From: Candidatus Iainarchaeum sp.
GTDB taxonomy: Archaea; B1Sed10-29; WALL01
Assembly (NCBI GenBank): GCA_023129115.1
Contig: JAGMCR010000011.1
Coordinates: 43,909 to 107,908 of the forward strand
Length of the DNA: 64,000 nt
Reading direction: 5' to 3'
The notes beneath the pieces are model-generated. The model ran no database searches and was not told the origin of the DNA. It saw only the letters and a program-made list of their open reading frames with translations. Both the position numbers and the translations under genes were made by a program. Shown one piece after another: positions 36,004 to 47,900 of this stretch. Positions within the stretch are counted from its first letter, which is position 1; each line of letters starts with the position of its first letter.

Positions 36004-39000
36004 GCTTTCTCGACCGTCATGGCAGTTATTTGCCACTTGGAGTCAGTAGCCATCCATACCTCGTGCAGCACCTTGGCCTGGTCGATGTCCACCATGGAGT
36101 AGTGCACGTACCTGTCCCCCGGCGGCAGCGCAGGTGCGTCCTCTGGCGCGTAGGGCGTGATGAACGTGCCCCCAGTGGACTTGTGCGTCGCCTCTATCCA
36201 GTCCTCGGAGCGGGCCGTACCCGAGACGCGGACCTCGTCGAGCATGCCATTGAAGAACTGGCCCTCGCCCGCGGTGGCGTGGATTTGCTTCCCGATGTAC
36301 AGCGGGTGTGTGCTTATCGGAAGCGTTGACGCGCTGTACGTCCCCGAGCCAGCCGGCGCCCCGTTGATGTAGAACGCGTACGCGCCGTTGCTGAACGTAA
36401 CTGCCATGTGCGCCCATGTGTTGGTCGGGAACAGTGCTGTGGAGTCTGTGAAGTCATAGCCGCCAAGGTACGAGAAGAGCCTGAGCTTGGCCGACGACGG
36501 GAACTGTACGCCGTAGTTAAGCATCCTGTCGCCGCTTGAGTGCGGGTTGCCCTTCGTGATTATGGAGCGGTAGCCTGCCACGTCTCTGGTATAGACCCAC
36601 GCCGACACCGTAAGTGTGTCCGGGACATTCAAGGTCGGGCCAGCCCCGCAGTCAATGGACCCACTGCTCCCGTCGAAGTTGTCTGCGCCGCCAACCACGC
36701 CACTGGTGGCTGTTACCCCGCCGCCCCGCGTGCCCGTGTTGGTGTTGCCTGTCGAGTCCGGCGCATCCGCCGCGCCCTCGCCGAGGTGCCACACCCCCCT
36801 GTAGCCATTGCCCCACACAGCCGCCGGGTCTTCGGCGCTGGTGTCGGGGCAGTCGTAGTACGCCCAGATGTGGTCGCTCGTGCTGCCGGCCGGTATGTGC
36901 GGGACCTTGACCCACACGAACGAGTCGCCGCCCTGCACCCACTCCTCAATTTCCTTGGGCAGGGGCGTTGTCCCATCGCTGTCGTAGAACCTTATGTCGT
37001 CCGGGCCGGTGAGCGAGTACTCGATATTGCTCGGCGTGAGCTTCACCATGACCGGGAAGCCCACGAGGTCTTCTGCGGACGCGCTGTTGTCGAACTCGAG
37101 CCTCACGCGCCTGTTGCAGCCTCCGCACGAGCCCTGGAACGTGCTCTCGACCGCCGCGCCAAACACGCCCCACTGCTGTGGCGCGTAGGCATAACTGTCG
37201 AACGTGCCGTCGGTGTAGAACACTGTGAGGGTGTTGAGTATCGTGGCGCTCGCGGTCGCGGAGTCGGTGAGCCCTTCCTGGTCGTACGCGGTTATGCTGC
37301 AGTCCCAATCCTCGCCAGCAGCAGTATCCGCTGCAGTGGGCGCGAGGCTCGTGTAGCAAGCCTTCCCGTGCGTGCACAGTATCTCGTTTACGTCCCACGC
37401 GGGCTCGTGCCCGCCGTTCCGGTACCACGTCACATTCGCCTTGAGCACGTCGCCTTCGTCGGCGTCCGTAATCACCCACGTGCAGTTCAGGTCCTCAAGG
37501 AACGTCGGGTGCAGTGGGATTGTCCGCTGGCCGCTGATTACAGGGAAATTGGGGAACGTGTCGCACACCTCGCTGGACCAGTCGGTCCCGATTCCATTGG
37601 CGTTCTGTGCCTTTGCCTCGTAGCAAATCTGCGTTGGGCTCGCGCTAGTGTCGGTGTAGAGCGTTGAGGTTATCCAGCCGCTGTCGGTCCCGTTGCCGTA
37701 CGTGTTGTTGGCGTAGTACTGTGTGCCACCGGGGTTCCCGTTGGCTATGATTGTGACTTCGCACCTGTCGGGGCTGCGGCGGCAATCGACCACAAGCCCC
37801 GGGACTGCGGCATAGGTATAGTCACACACTGCAGTTGTGGTCCACGCGGTCTCTTGCCCCCACTTGTCCGTGGCCTTGGCGCGGTAGCAGTACTGCGTGT
37901 TCGGCGCCAATCCCATGTCAACGAACACATTGCTGGCCTGCCACGTGAAGTTGCTCCCGCCGCCGGTGGTCTCCCACAGGCTGTAGTTCACGCCGCTCGG
38001 GTCGGTCGACACCGTCGCCGTCACGGTTATCTGCGACTTGGAATTGACGACCACCGACGCAATCGTCGTGGGGTCCGGGCTCGGCGGCCCAACGTCAATG
38101 TTTATCTGGAAGTGCGCCGTGTTCCCCCACTTGCCCATGTGGTTCTTGGGGCGCACGTGGAACCACCACGTGGCCTCGGAAATGTTGGAGTAGCTTGCGT
38201 TCGTCGCAGTCGTCACATTGTCCGTCCCCTCCTGCGGCGTGTACGTTGAGTTTGCGTTCAGCGCGTGGATGTACTTCTCTATCCCAGAGCACGAGAATGG
38301 CTTTGTCCAGTTGAACTGCGGGTCCTGGCTCGCGTACGCCTGCGAGCTGTTCGGGTGCGTCGACGACGAAACCACGGGCGCGCCCGGGCTAGCCGTGTCA
38401 ATCTTCGTGATTGCCCCGGAGTTGACCAGCCCGCTGCCGCGGCCGGCAATGTCGCTCGCCTCGTGCCTGAACCTGTACGCGCTGCAGCTCGACCCCACGT
38501 AGTTGAAGTCCGTGCCGCTCGTGTCCGCCGTGGTGTACCCCCCCCACGCGCCAAGCACGTCCTCGTCGCCTATCGCGGCGCTGTCGACTTCGGTGACAGA
38601 GCCGGCATAGCCGCTCGGGTCGACGCCCCAGTCGCCCGCGGCCTGCGTGACCGCAATCGTAGTGGTGTCCTGGAACCCGTCGAAGTGGCCCACTGTCGCG
38701 AACGGGTCCACCAGGTCCAGGTTTATCGAGTCCTGTATGAGTATGGAGGGATTGCCCGCGCGGTCGTTGCACACAATCCTCGCGTAGCGCTCGCCCTCGT
38801 ACGGGCGCGGCGGCACAGCCGGCCACGACGGCGGCCACGGCCCGGCCGGGAGGGCCGAGCTCCAGCTCTTCCACAGCAGGTGCGTGTCGTACGCATTCCC
38901 GTTCCCGACAATCGTGTCCCACTCAACAGGGCCCGTGGTGAACGCGGCATCGGTGGGCTCAAGCTGCTCGCACTCGTGGATGCGGCACTCCGGCGGGCAG

Positions 39001-39272
39001 CTTGGTGGGTCTCCTTCCACGCAGTCCACACAATTGATGTCCAGGTCCGCGCAGTCGCTTATCCAGCACTGGCCCAGCCCCGCGACATCGATTTCCGCGG
39101 CGTACGGCTCGTATATCCCGCTGAAGTCGACCGTCACCAGGCCCCCATCGGCGCCGGCGTACAGCGCCTCGTAGTTGGCGCTTATCACGCCTGCCGGCGC
39201 GGTAAAGTCCACTATCAATGCCGCAAACGCACCTCCCATCAGCAGTAACACCACGAGTAATGCCTTGTTCAT
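35988..39272 (-). CDS. Secreted modular adhesin-like protein (Fn3/Ig-like + DUF2341-like + LamG)
   Basis: Signal peptide MNKALLVVLLLMGGAFA; Fn3-like GLAPNTQYCYRAKA; DIRFYDSDG...WVKVP; GVWHL; WAHMAVTF; FNGMLDEVRVS. No C-terminal TM. Confidence 0.8.
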   Translation of the reverse strand: MNKALLVVLLLMGGAFAALIVDFTAPAGVISANYEALYAGADGGLVTVDFSGIYEPYAAEIDVAGLGQCWISDCADLDINCVDCVEGDPPSCPPECRIHECEQLEPTDAAFTTGPVEWDTIVGNGNAYDTHLLWKSWSSALPAGPWPPSWPAVPPRPYEGERYARIVCNDRAGNPSILIQDSINLDLVDPFATVGHFDGFQDTTTIAVTQAAGDWGVDPSGYAGSVTEVDSAAIGDEDVLGAWGGYTTADTSGTDFNYVGSSCSAYRFRHEASDIAGRGSGLVNSGAITKIDTASPGAPVVSSSTHPNSSQAYASQDPQFNWTKPFSCSGIEKYIHALNANSTYTPQEGTDNVTTATNASYSNISEATWWFHVRPKNHMGKWGNTAHFQINIDVGPPSPDPTTIASVVVNSKSQITVTATVSTDPSGVNYSLWETTGGGSNFTWQASNVFVDMGLAPNTQYCYRAKATDKWGQETAWTTTAVCDYTYAAVPGLVVDCRRSPDRCEVTIIANGNPGGTQYYANNTYGNGTDSGWITSTLYTDTSASPTQICYEAKAQNANGIGTDWSSEVCDTFPNFPVISGQRTIPLHPTFLEDLNCTWVITDADEGDVLKANVTWYRNGGHEPAWDVNEILCTHGKACYTSLAPTAADTAAGEDWDCSITAYDQEGLTDSATASATILNTLTVFYTDGTFDSYAYAPQQWGVFGAAVESTFQGSCGGCNRRVRLEFDNSASAEDLVGFPVMVKLTPSNIEYSLTGPDDIRFYDSDGTTPLPKEIEEWVQGGDSFVWVKVPHIPAGSTSDHIWAYYDCPDTSAEDPAAVWGNGYRGVWHLGEGAADAPDSTGNTNTGTRGGGVTATSGVVGGADNFDGSSGSIDCGAGPTLNVPDTLTVSAWVYTRDVAGYRSIITKGNPHSSGDRMLNYGVQFPSSAKLRLFSYLGGYDFTDSTALFPTNTWAHMAVTFSNGAYAFYINGAPAGSGTYSASTLPISTHPLYIGKQIHATAGEGQFFNGMLDEVRVSGTARSEDWIEATHKSTGGTFITPYAPEDAPALPPGDRYVHYSMVDIDQAKVLHEVWMATDSKWQITAMTVEKASTAP

Positions 39273-39835
39273 CTCATGCACCCCAATTCGCTTGCGCAGA
39301 CCAGTATGTTATCTATCCTGATTACGGGAATGTCCCCGCCCCCATTGTCCTTACAATAAAGGTTGAGGTTGTAGCTCCCGTCGAAAAAGTAATTCGTGAG
39401 CGTGCAGCTCACCTTGGTCTTGGTCGCCCCAGGCTCCTCGACCACGCAGTCCCACTTGGACGCGTCCGTCACCCCCGAGGCGCATTCCGCCACGCCGTTC
39501 TCCCAGTAAACGTCGAACCCAATCGTGGGCCGGGTATTGTTGTAGAACGTCTTGTTGCTGCAGAAGAGCCCGCCCGGCGTTTCCTCGCACTGCACGGGCA
39601 TGCAGTCGCCGTAGCAATTCTCCAGTGTCTCTCCCTCGTCGCAGTACTTGTCGTTGTTGCAGACCGGCACTGCAGTGGGCGAGGGCGTTGGAGTGGGTGT
39701 TGGCACTATGGGTGTTGGGGAGGGGGCCGGAGGCTCTTCCCGCCCCCCCATGATGATGGCTGCCGCTATGACCACGGCGGCTATTCCCGCCAGCAGTGCC
39801 AGCTTTTCCTTTGTCTCCAACTCTTTTTGCCTCAC
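39269..39835 (-). CDS. Small membrane-anchored Cys-rich protein (paralog of 41420-41947)
   Basis: GTG start overlapping the upstream TGA; TM LALLAGIAAVVIAAAII; Pro/Thr linker; CNNDKYCDEGETLENCYGDC; DASKWDCVV. Confidence 0.75.
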   Translation of the reverse strand: MRQKELETKEKLALLAGIAAVVIAAAIIMGGREEPPAPSPTPIVPTPTPTPSPTAVPVCNNDKYCDEGETLENCYGDCMPVQCEETPGGLFCSNKTFYNNTRPTIGFDVYWENGVAECASGVTDASKWDCVVEEPGATKTKVSCTLTNYFFDGSYNLNLYCKDNGGGDIPVIRIDNILVCASELGCMR

Positions 39836-41415
39836 GTTGTCGATGTCGCCCAGTTGCCCCAGTTTCCTGCGGTGTCCTGCGCGCGCACTCTCCAGACCCA
39901 CTTGCCCTGGCAGAGGACCACGCCAATCATTCCGCTTGGCCCCCCGTACATTCCTACGGGGCAGTCGTGGGTCGCGTAGTTGTTCGTGTCGTAGATGCTT
40001 GTCGGTGCGGACACGTACTGGTCCACGCCGTCGTTGTCCGTGCCTACTGGGTCTGTGACCCATCCGGTGTCCCTCGCGACCTGGAGCTGGTACTGGGCCA
40101 GGCCCGCGGCCTCGCCTATGCCGCCCTGGTCGCCGTAGTCCGTGGACACGCCCCAGTCGAACGTCGGCAGCCCGGTCGCGTCATACGACACTTCAATGAT
40201 TGATGGCGCGGTTGGGTCGGTCTTGTCTATCTTGAACTCCACTGGCGACGAGTACTTGGTGTTGCCTGCGTCGTCCTTTGCCGCTGCGCACACCCACGCG
40301 TGCGCGGTGATGGGCATGCTCGCCCCGACACTGTAGTCCGCGTACGTGGTTGAGCACACAGGCTCGTTTTCCTGGGCATATACCTTAAACGCGTACGTCC
40401 CGGTGTCGCAGCCGCAGTTGTCAGTGCAGCTTCCTATGGTTGCGGTCGCGTCAATGTTCTGCCAGCTGCCCGGCGCCCCGCCCACTGTCAGGGTCGACGG
40501 CGCGGTCTTGTCGTGCCAGACCTCGGTGCCCGGGTCGTGTGCGTACGCCCACTCGTCCAGCGGCCTTGAGGCGGCGTCCCTCGCGCGGTACCTGAACTTG
40601 TACCACTTGCACTCGGCGGGGAACGTGTACACGCAGTCGGCGCACGTGTCTGTGCATGCCGCCACTTCTGTCCAGCCGTCATACGACCCGCCGTCAATCT
40701 TTTCGTCGACTGCGACCTTGCAGTCGGCGGCCACTCCGCTCGGCGAAACGCCCCAGTCTGCTTCGGTGGTCGAGATTGTGTGGGTCGTGCTGGTCGTTGT
40801 GCCGCCCGCGTAGCTGATTGACTGTGTCGGGTCAATCATGTCCAGGTTTATCGAGTCCTGGAGCTGTGACGCTATGTTGCCTGCCTTGTCCACGCACGTG
40901 ACCCTGACGACGCGCTCGCCCTCCATCGGGCACGGCGGGGCAACGTCTGGCCAGGACGGCGGCCACATAGTCCCGGCGTCGCAGTACCCCGGGATTTCTG
41001 CGTTCGTCCTGAACATCAGGTGCGTTATGTACCCCTCGGTGTCAATGCCCGCCCAGTTGTGTATGGCGCCGAACCTCGCGTCTTCTGGCGCGATGGTCTC
41101 GCACTGCACGTAGTCACCTGGATATGACAAGAGCGCGCAGTCCTGTATGTAGCACCCGTCCAGCCCGGCCACTTCTATCTGGCCGGCGTAGGCGTCGGTT
41201 ATCCCCGTAAAGTCCACCTTGATAGCGCCCAGTACGGGGCTGTCTGTGCCAACCGTGGGGTTGCAGTTCGCAGCATCGATACAGCCGCTGGTTGTCACCT
41301 CTGTGAGTGTGGATGCGTCCAGCCCGACAGGCACGCCAATCGGTATGCTCCAGTCCACTGTAAGGTACGCAGATGCCATCGTGAGCATCAATAGAGTGAG
41401 AATTACTTGCTTCAT
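39832..41415 (-). CDS. Secreted Cys-rich protein (527 aa), mosaic of its neighbours
   Basis: Signal peptide. The N-half resembles the 1094 aa protein and the C-half resembles the end of the 3596 aa protein. Confidence 0.8.
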   Translation of the reverse strand: MKQVILTLLMLTMASAYLTVDWSIPIGVPVGLDASTLTEVTTSGCIDAANCNPTVGTDSPVLGAIKVDFTGITDAYAGQIEVAGLDGCYIQDCALLSYPGDYVQCETIAPEDARFGAIHNWAGIDTEGYITHLMFRTNAEIPGYCDAGTMWPPSWPDVAPPCPMEGERVVRVTCVDKAGNIASQLQDSINLDMIDPTQSISYAGGTTTSTTHTISTTEADWGVSPSGVAADCKVAVDEKIDGGSYDGWTEVAACTDTCADCVYTFPAECKWYKFRYRARDAASRPLDEWAYAHDPGTEVWHDKTAPSTLTVGGAPGSWQNIDATATIGSCTDNCGCDTGTYAFKVYAQENEPVCSTTYADYSVGASMPITAHAWVCAAAKDDAGNTKYSSPVEFKIDKTDPTAPSIIEVSYDATGLPTFDWGVSTDYGDQGGIGEAAGLAQYQLQVARDTGWVTDPVGTDNDGVDQYVSAPTSIYDTNNYATHDCPVGMYGGPSGMIGVVLCQGKWVWRVRAQDTAGNWGNWATSTT

Positions 41416-41419
41416 TCAA

Positions 41420-41947
41420 TCACCCCTCGTACCACTGGCCGCAGCCGGTGTCGCTCGCGCAGACAAATATCTTGTCGACGGTCTCCCTCGGCAGCCTGTC
41501 GCCGTTGTTGTCCGTGCAGTGCAGGTTCAGCATGTAGGTGCCGTCGTAGAAGTAATTCTGCAGCGTGCACTCCACGTTTGTCTCGGTCGCGCCCGGCTCT
41601 TTCACTACGCAGTCCCACTTGGACGCGTCGGTCAGCCCCGATGAGCATGCCTGTACCCCGGTGGGGCTGGACATCCTGACTATTATGCTTGGTGTGGTGT
41701 CCGTGTAGCTCTCGGACCCGGGCGCCCTCTCTGCGGACAGCGCTCCGGTTATTATGCAGTCGGCGGGGCATGATGCCTTGGTCTCGCCAGGCTCGCACAC
41801 TCCGTTGTTGTTGCACGTGCCTCCTGGCGTTACTGGCGCCCGGGGTGTCTCCCCTGGCTGCATGATAAAAAACAAAGCAATCAATATCACTGCAACCAAG
41901 AGCGCCGCTATGTAGAGCGGCTGGATTTCGGTTTTTTTCTTTGCCAT
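41420..41947 (-). CDS. Small membrane-anchored Cys-rich protein
   Basis: TM LYIAALLVAVILIALFFIM; CNNNGVCEPGETKASCPADC; DASKWDCVVKEPGAT. Confidence 0.8.
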   Translation of the reverse strand: MAKKKTEIQPLYIAALLVAVILIALFFIMQPGETPRAPVTPGGTCNNNGVCEPGETKASCPADCIITGALSAERAPGSESYTDTTPSIIVRMSSPTGVQACSSGLTDASKWDCVVKEPGATETNVECTLQNYFYDGTYMLNLHCTDNNGDRLPRETVDKIFVCASDTGCGQWYEG

Positions 41948-41977
41948 TTTTTTTGCCTCAGTTTAAGTTGGTTAATG

Positions 41978-44900
41978 CTAAATCTCCTGCGCCCACGGCC
42001 CTGGGGCGAGCGCGTTGTCCCTCGCCCTCACTCTCCAGACCCACTTGCCCTGGCACAGGCACGCGTCCATGCCGTCCGGCCCGCCGTACGGCCCCACCGG
42101 GCACCAGTGCGTCGTGCTTGGGGTGTACGAGCAAGTCCCGGCGCTGCAGTACGTCCCCTTGGCAATCCATCCCGTGTCGAAGCCGTCGTTGTCCGTGCCC
42201 ACTGGGTCCGTGGCCCACCCCGTGTCCCTCGCGACCTCGAGCTCGTAGTCCTTGATGCCGGAGCCGCCCGTGTCACTTGCCTCTGTCCACTGGAACGTGG
42301 GGCACTCCACGTTGGTGTACTGCACTGCCGTCAGCACAGGGGCGGGCGGCGCGGCTTGGTCCACCTTGAACTCGATGCCGGCCGCCTGGTACCCAATGTT
42401 TCCGAGCGTGTCCTTTGCCGCGGCGCACACCCACACGTGGCTCGTTATGTCCGACGGCGACGGCAGGGTGTACGAGCCGTAGTCCTGCGGGCACGCGCCT
42501 GCAGCGCCCGTAGTATATATCTTATAGGTCCCAGTGTCGCATCCGGCCGTGCCCACGTCGCTGCATGTGACTGTTGCCGGCGAGGTGGCCTCGGTCCAGT
42601 CTGCCGGCGCGCCGTCCGTGCTCACCGGCGACGGTGCCGAGTTGTCAATGTCCACGACGTCGTTGTTGGTCTTGTACCCGACGGACCAGCCGTACCCGTC
42701 CCACGCGCGGCACCTGAGGTCCACGCCGGTCTGTGTTGCCACGAGGCTGACGTCCCAGTTGCACGAGCCGCTGCTGCATCCGCCAATGTCGTGCCATCCG
42801 CCACTGTAGTTCGCTTCTATCTGGTACGTGATGGAGTCGCCGTCCGCGTCAACCGCACTCGCGCACGTAATCGCCACCAGCGGGCTGTCCCCGCCCCTGG
42901 TGACCACACTGGTCGGCGTGAGCGTGGTCGGGTTCGGCGGCAGAGTGTTGCACCATGCCTTTGCCTCGGCGGTCTCCTGGGCAGCGCCGCTCGCGGCTAT
43001 GTTGAACGTCCCGCTGCACGTGATGCACGTGTACCCGCCCTCTGGCGAGACGCTCCACGACACGCCGTTGAACGCGATTGGGTCAGTGTTCGTGAAGTCC
43101 ACTGTCTCTGTCCGGTACTGCTGGTGTGTCTCGTACTGCGAGCAGGTGCCGTTGGGGCCCCACCCGTTTTCGACTAGGGTTATGGTGCCGGCCTCGCTCC
43201 ACTTGAACGTGTACTGGTCGTTCCCGCCCGCGGTGGGGCTGACTGTCTTCGCGCCGCAGTCGACGGCGGCGTACGAGTCCCCGGTCTGGCTTTCCCCGAC
43301 GCCGTCCCAGTACGCGCCGTCGTCGCACGCGTCCTGCAGCGAGGCGCTCGCGGCCTCTGCCGCGGTGTTGCTCACGGTAACAGTGCACTGCTCGTACGCG
43401 GTGCCGCCCGCCACTGTAGTGCTCCCGGTGTCCTGCTCGGGCACGCAGTCGCTCGCGGTGAGCGCATTGTCCCACGTGTAGCACAGCGACTCGTATTCAG
43501 TCGTGTGGTACGGCGCGTGTGACTCCCACACCGCGGGGTTTGCGGTCTGGGCGGTGTAGTCTTTTATCGCGGTGTCTATGTCCGGGTCGTACTCGGGCGC
43601 TGCCACGGCGTACGAGAGCCCGCTTATTCCGTCGTAGTGGAGCGTTTGCCTGCGCGTGAACGACGTGCCGTCGCCGTCGTTTAGGAATATGTCGACGCTC
43701 CTGTCAACGTGGTTCTCGTACGAGACCACGTAGTCCTGGTCGCCGTCGTGGTCGAAGTCAAAGGCCCCGCCCCCGCCGTGGTCGTCGGTGTCGAACACAA
43801 CTCCCTGGTACGAGAACGTCGCCGGGTCGCCGCCCATGTTCTTGAACAGGGAGTGCGCGCCGCCGCCTCCCTCGCTGCGGATGAAGTCTGGCAGGCCGTC
43901 GCCCGTGAAGTCCGCCGCGGCGAACGAGTACGAGTCCCACGTGTTCGCGTCGCCGTCCGCGACCACCGGGGCCTCGAAGAGCCCGGTGCCGAGCCCGTAC
44001 CAGATAACCGTGCCGCCGTTGCCGCTTATCGCGAAGTCCATGTTGCCGTCCATGTCAAAGTCTGCGGCGTCGCACTCGCGGATGCTGCCACTGGGCTTGC
44101 CCTGTATCGCCTCGTACGTGAACCCTCCTGTGCCGTCCCCCAGGAAGCGGTAGACCTGTGAAATGACGTTTGGCGCTGCGATGAAGTCGTAGTTCCCGTC
44201 GTTGTTGAAGTCCGCTGCCGCGGTGCACATCATGTAGTTGTTCGTCCACCCGCTCACAGTGGCTATCGCCACTTCGGTGAACGACTCGTACCCTGTCTTG
44301 CGGAGCATTGAGATTGCCCCATAGTCATTGATTATCACGTCGTAGTCGCCGTCGTTGTCGAAGTCGGCCATGGTGCTGCTCCTCGGCATCCGGTTCCCGT
44401 AGTCGCCGAGGTAGACCAGCTGCGAGAACGACCCGTCGCCGTACGAGTGGACCATGTACGCGCGCTCGTAGTCATCTATCACGAAGATGTACTCTTCACT
44501 GGCTTCTGCTGTGCCCGAGCACACCTGCCCGTCGTAAAGCGTCCAGCTGTCCACGCCGGCGTCAAGGCCCTTGCTCTCGTCGTAGTACCAGCCGGCCGAG
44601 CGCACGTCGCCGCCGACGCTGTTGTCAATCGTTATGGTCTCGCGGTACTCCAGGTCTGCCGCGCCCTCTTCCTCGATTGTTGGAGTGCCGGACTGTGTGG
44701 GGCTGCCCCAGCTGGTGTCCGCCCTTATCCCGTAGTTGTGCACGCCGAGGGCGCCCGTCATGCCACTGTGGTCTGTGCAGCTTACCCGGTAGTCGACGTC
44801 GCCCTTGCTGAACGCGTTCGGGCCCCAGTTCACTGTGCAGGACGTCTCGGTGTCGCAGTCGAGATGCGCCGAGTTTCCAATGTTGCCCTCGTGCGCGCCC

Positions 44901-47900
44901 TGCTGGAGGAGCTCTGCGTAGTCCATTGAGTCGTCAATGAAGTTCCCTGACACTGTGTCCTGGTCAATGTCGTAGCACATGTCCGAGATGGTCCACGTCC
45001 CCGCGTTCTCAAGCATTTTGGCTGCCTTGTTGGTTGCCGAGGGTATTGGGGTGTGGCCCCATTCAGTGTCGAACGAGAGCGTGAGCGAGCCCTCGTTGCC
45101 CGCCACGTCCCGGCACTTTATGTAGTAGGTGTACGCGTTCTCGTCGAACAGCATCATCCTGTGGTAATGCGATGTCGCGTACTGTGTGTCGAGTGGCATC
45201 ATGCTTGCCCACGCCTCGCTCTCGGCGGAGTACCTGCACAGCGCCGGCTCGTCCGTGCCCACTGTCCACATGTACTCGTACCACTCGTTGATGTCCGGCG
45301 TCGGGTCCGCTATGACCGCGGCCTCGGCTTCCGTGACCACCGGCGCATCAGTGTCTATGCCGAAGTCGTACGCCACCTCTGCGTTGCCGCCGCCGGCCTT
45401 CGCGAACACCGTGCCGCCGTCGTCGGTGAGCGCGATGTAGACGCGGTACGGCCCGGTCGTCTCTGCCCCGGTGTTCCATGCGCCCGCGTTCGCCCATTCC
45501 ACGCCCAGGTCGAGGCTGCTGCCCGCGCCGACCAGGATGGGCTCGTTCGAGACAGTGGCCACGTCCACCCAGCTGCCGGTGTTCTTCTGGACCTTCATGA
45601 GGAGCTTGCCGTCAACCGCGCGCGACCCGTCGTTCATTACTTCGCTCTTGCCCGCCATTGCCTCGGCCTCGCCCCACGTGACTCTTGGGGCGCCCACCTG
45701 GAAGGCCTGCGGGTCGGGCTCGCCCGCTATGAGCAGGCCGTCGGAGTACGCGCCGCCGCCCTGGTCCCCGCCAAGGTCGCCGCTCACCCACTCCTGTGCG
45801 CCCGCCGTGTCGAAGACATAGACCAAATCATTGTTCCACGCGGCGACCAGCTCCACAGCGCCGTCGTGGTCGACGTCGCCGAACATTGGCTGCATGGAGT
45901 ACGAGCCCTTGTCAATCGGGCCGAGCTCAAGGTTGAACGTGCCGGTGTCCTCGACGTTGTACACGCGCACAGCACCACCGTACTCGCCAATGGCCACTTC
46001 GGTCCTGCCGTCCTGGTCCCAGTCCATTATGGAGCCCGTGCCGTGGTTGCTGCCCTGGTCCGGCCCAAGCCCGGTGTTCGTCATCCCGTCCTTGCTCCAC
46101 TCGTAGACGCGCGGCTGGTCAGTGTCCCCGAAGACCATCTGGGCCCACTCGTTGTCGAACACGTACCCCGCTGCGCCGCTTGTGCCGCTGTTGTGTATGT
46201 CCCTCCACTTCTCTTCCTGCAGCCCGACGCCGTTGTAGCTGATTACGCTGAGGCCCTCGTCGTACCACTGGGCGCTCACTATTTCGGGCGTGCCGTCCAT
46301 GTCCACGTCGCCGCATACTGTGCACGCCTTGTTGTCGATGCGCTTCTTGGTGCCGTACGCCTGGCCAGTGCTCACGCGGGCGTACTCCTCTGCGTAGCCG
46401 CTGCCTGTCCAGCCCCAGACCTCAATGCGGTCCTGGCCGTAGCCGGGTATGATTATTTCATCCAAGCCGTCCATGTCAATGTCACACGCTGTTACCTGCA
46501 GCGTGTCGTAGATAACTGTGACAAAGCTCCCGAGCAACTCGTACCCACTGCCGGTCCAGTGGTACACATACTTGGTGGTCCCAGTGTACGGTGCTATGAT
46601 GAGCTCCGGCGTCCCGTCGCCGTTGGTGTCGGCTATGGCGAGCGCGGGGTAGTCTGCTGCCGCACTGGTCAGGATGTTGGTGACCACTTTGGTGACGCCG
46701 TTTATTACGTTGACCTCGCCCGTGTGCCCCGCCGTTATTATGTCCCTCACGCCGTCGCCGTTCAGGTCTGTCTCGGGGTAGAAGAACGTCTGCGAGAGCG
46801 GGATTTGCGTTGGCGCGCCCCTGTCCACTCCGTCGAACACGAGCCAAAAGTACCTTGTCGCGTCGGCGGTCGTGGCGCCGTCGAGCACAAAGTCAATCCT
46901 GCCGGCGGCCTTCGTGAGCGCGTTGTAGTCGCTGCCCAGGTGGTAGAACCGCGACGCCTTCTCGCCGATTACCTGGCCGCTGGAACTCACTTCCACAACG
47001 CGGTAGCAGTTGTCGCACATGGACGTGCCTGCGCCGCCCGCGCCGTCGAAGAGCTTGGTGAAGTCCACGAGCAGGCTCATCTTGTAGTCCGTGCGCGCGT
47101 ACTGGTTGTTGTCCACGGTGAACGGCGCCTTGTACAGCCACTGCTGGCCCAGTATCGTGTCACTGGCCGGGCCGGTGAGGTACACGCCCGTGTTTCCGCC
47201 GTGCACCTGCCTCACTGTCCCCGCAGTCATTGTCACGTCGACAGTGCCGATGGTGACTTGGCCGGGGGAGTAGTCCTTGGCAGTGCCGCCCTCGCCGTCG
47301 TTCGCCTCGCACCAGATGTAGTACGAGCCCGTGGCCCACGCGGAGACGTCGCATGACTCTGTGCCGTCGTTCGTGCTGCCGGTGAAGCACGTGTACGTCT
47401 GGTCCCAGCCCGCGGCGTCCGCGTCGCCGTAGCAGCTGATTGTCGGGCTGGTCTCGATGTCGCTCGCCGTCCAGTTCACTGTGTACGACGCGTCTGCGCT
47501 CGCGCCCCCGCCCGGCGGCGCGGTGACCTCGATGGTGGGGAGGTCGTTCACTGACGCGACATTGATTGTGAACGAGTCGTCCGCCGTGGCGTAAGTGTCG
47601 CTCGCCCTGATTGTGCATGACGCCGCGCCGAACCAGTTGTCGGCGGGCCTTATCCACAGCTCCCTGCCGTTGGTGCCGTTTGTCTTGCAGTCCACCTGCG
47701 CTGCGTTTTCTGTCAGCACGGTGAATGTGAGCGTGTCGCCGTCGCAGTCAGTGGCCTGGCCGCCGCCAGTCACGCTTAGGTCAGAGTCAATCCTCATCCA
47801 CCCATCGTCCTCGTTCTTGTTGATTGGGTCGGTTATTGCCTGCGTCCACACAGGCACCTGGTTGGCTATCACGCAGTCCACTGTGCTGGACCACCCTGTC

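Noticed and set aside
39836-40063. N-terminal extensions in the ORF track (also 9217-9372, 32202-32378, 52769-52930)
   Set aside because: They overlap neighbouring genes; downstream starts give proper signal peptides, promoter spacing or stop/start coupling.
38715-42055. Paralogous tracts as diversity-generating retroelement TR/VR
   Set aside because: No reverse transcriptase in the window; tracts are short and lie within coding paralogs; no adenine-specific pattern evident.
45053-47356. 767 aa + strand ORF and similar ORFs opposite the adhesins
   Set aside because: Antisense shadows caused by GC-biased codon usage of the real gene.
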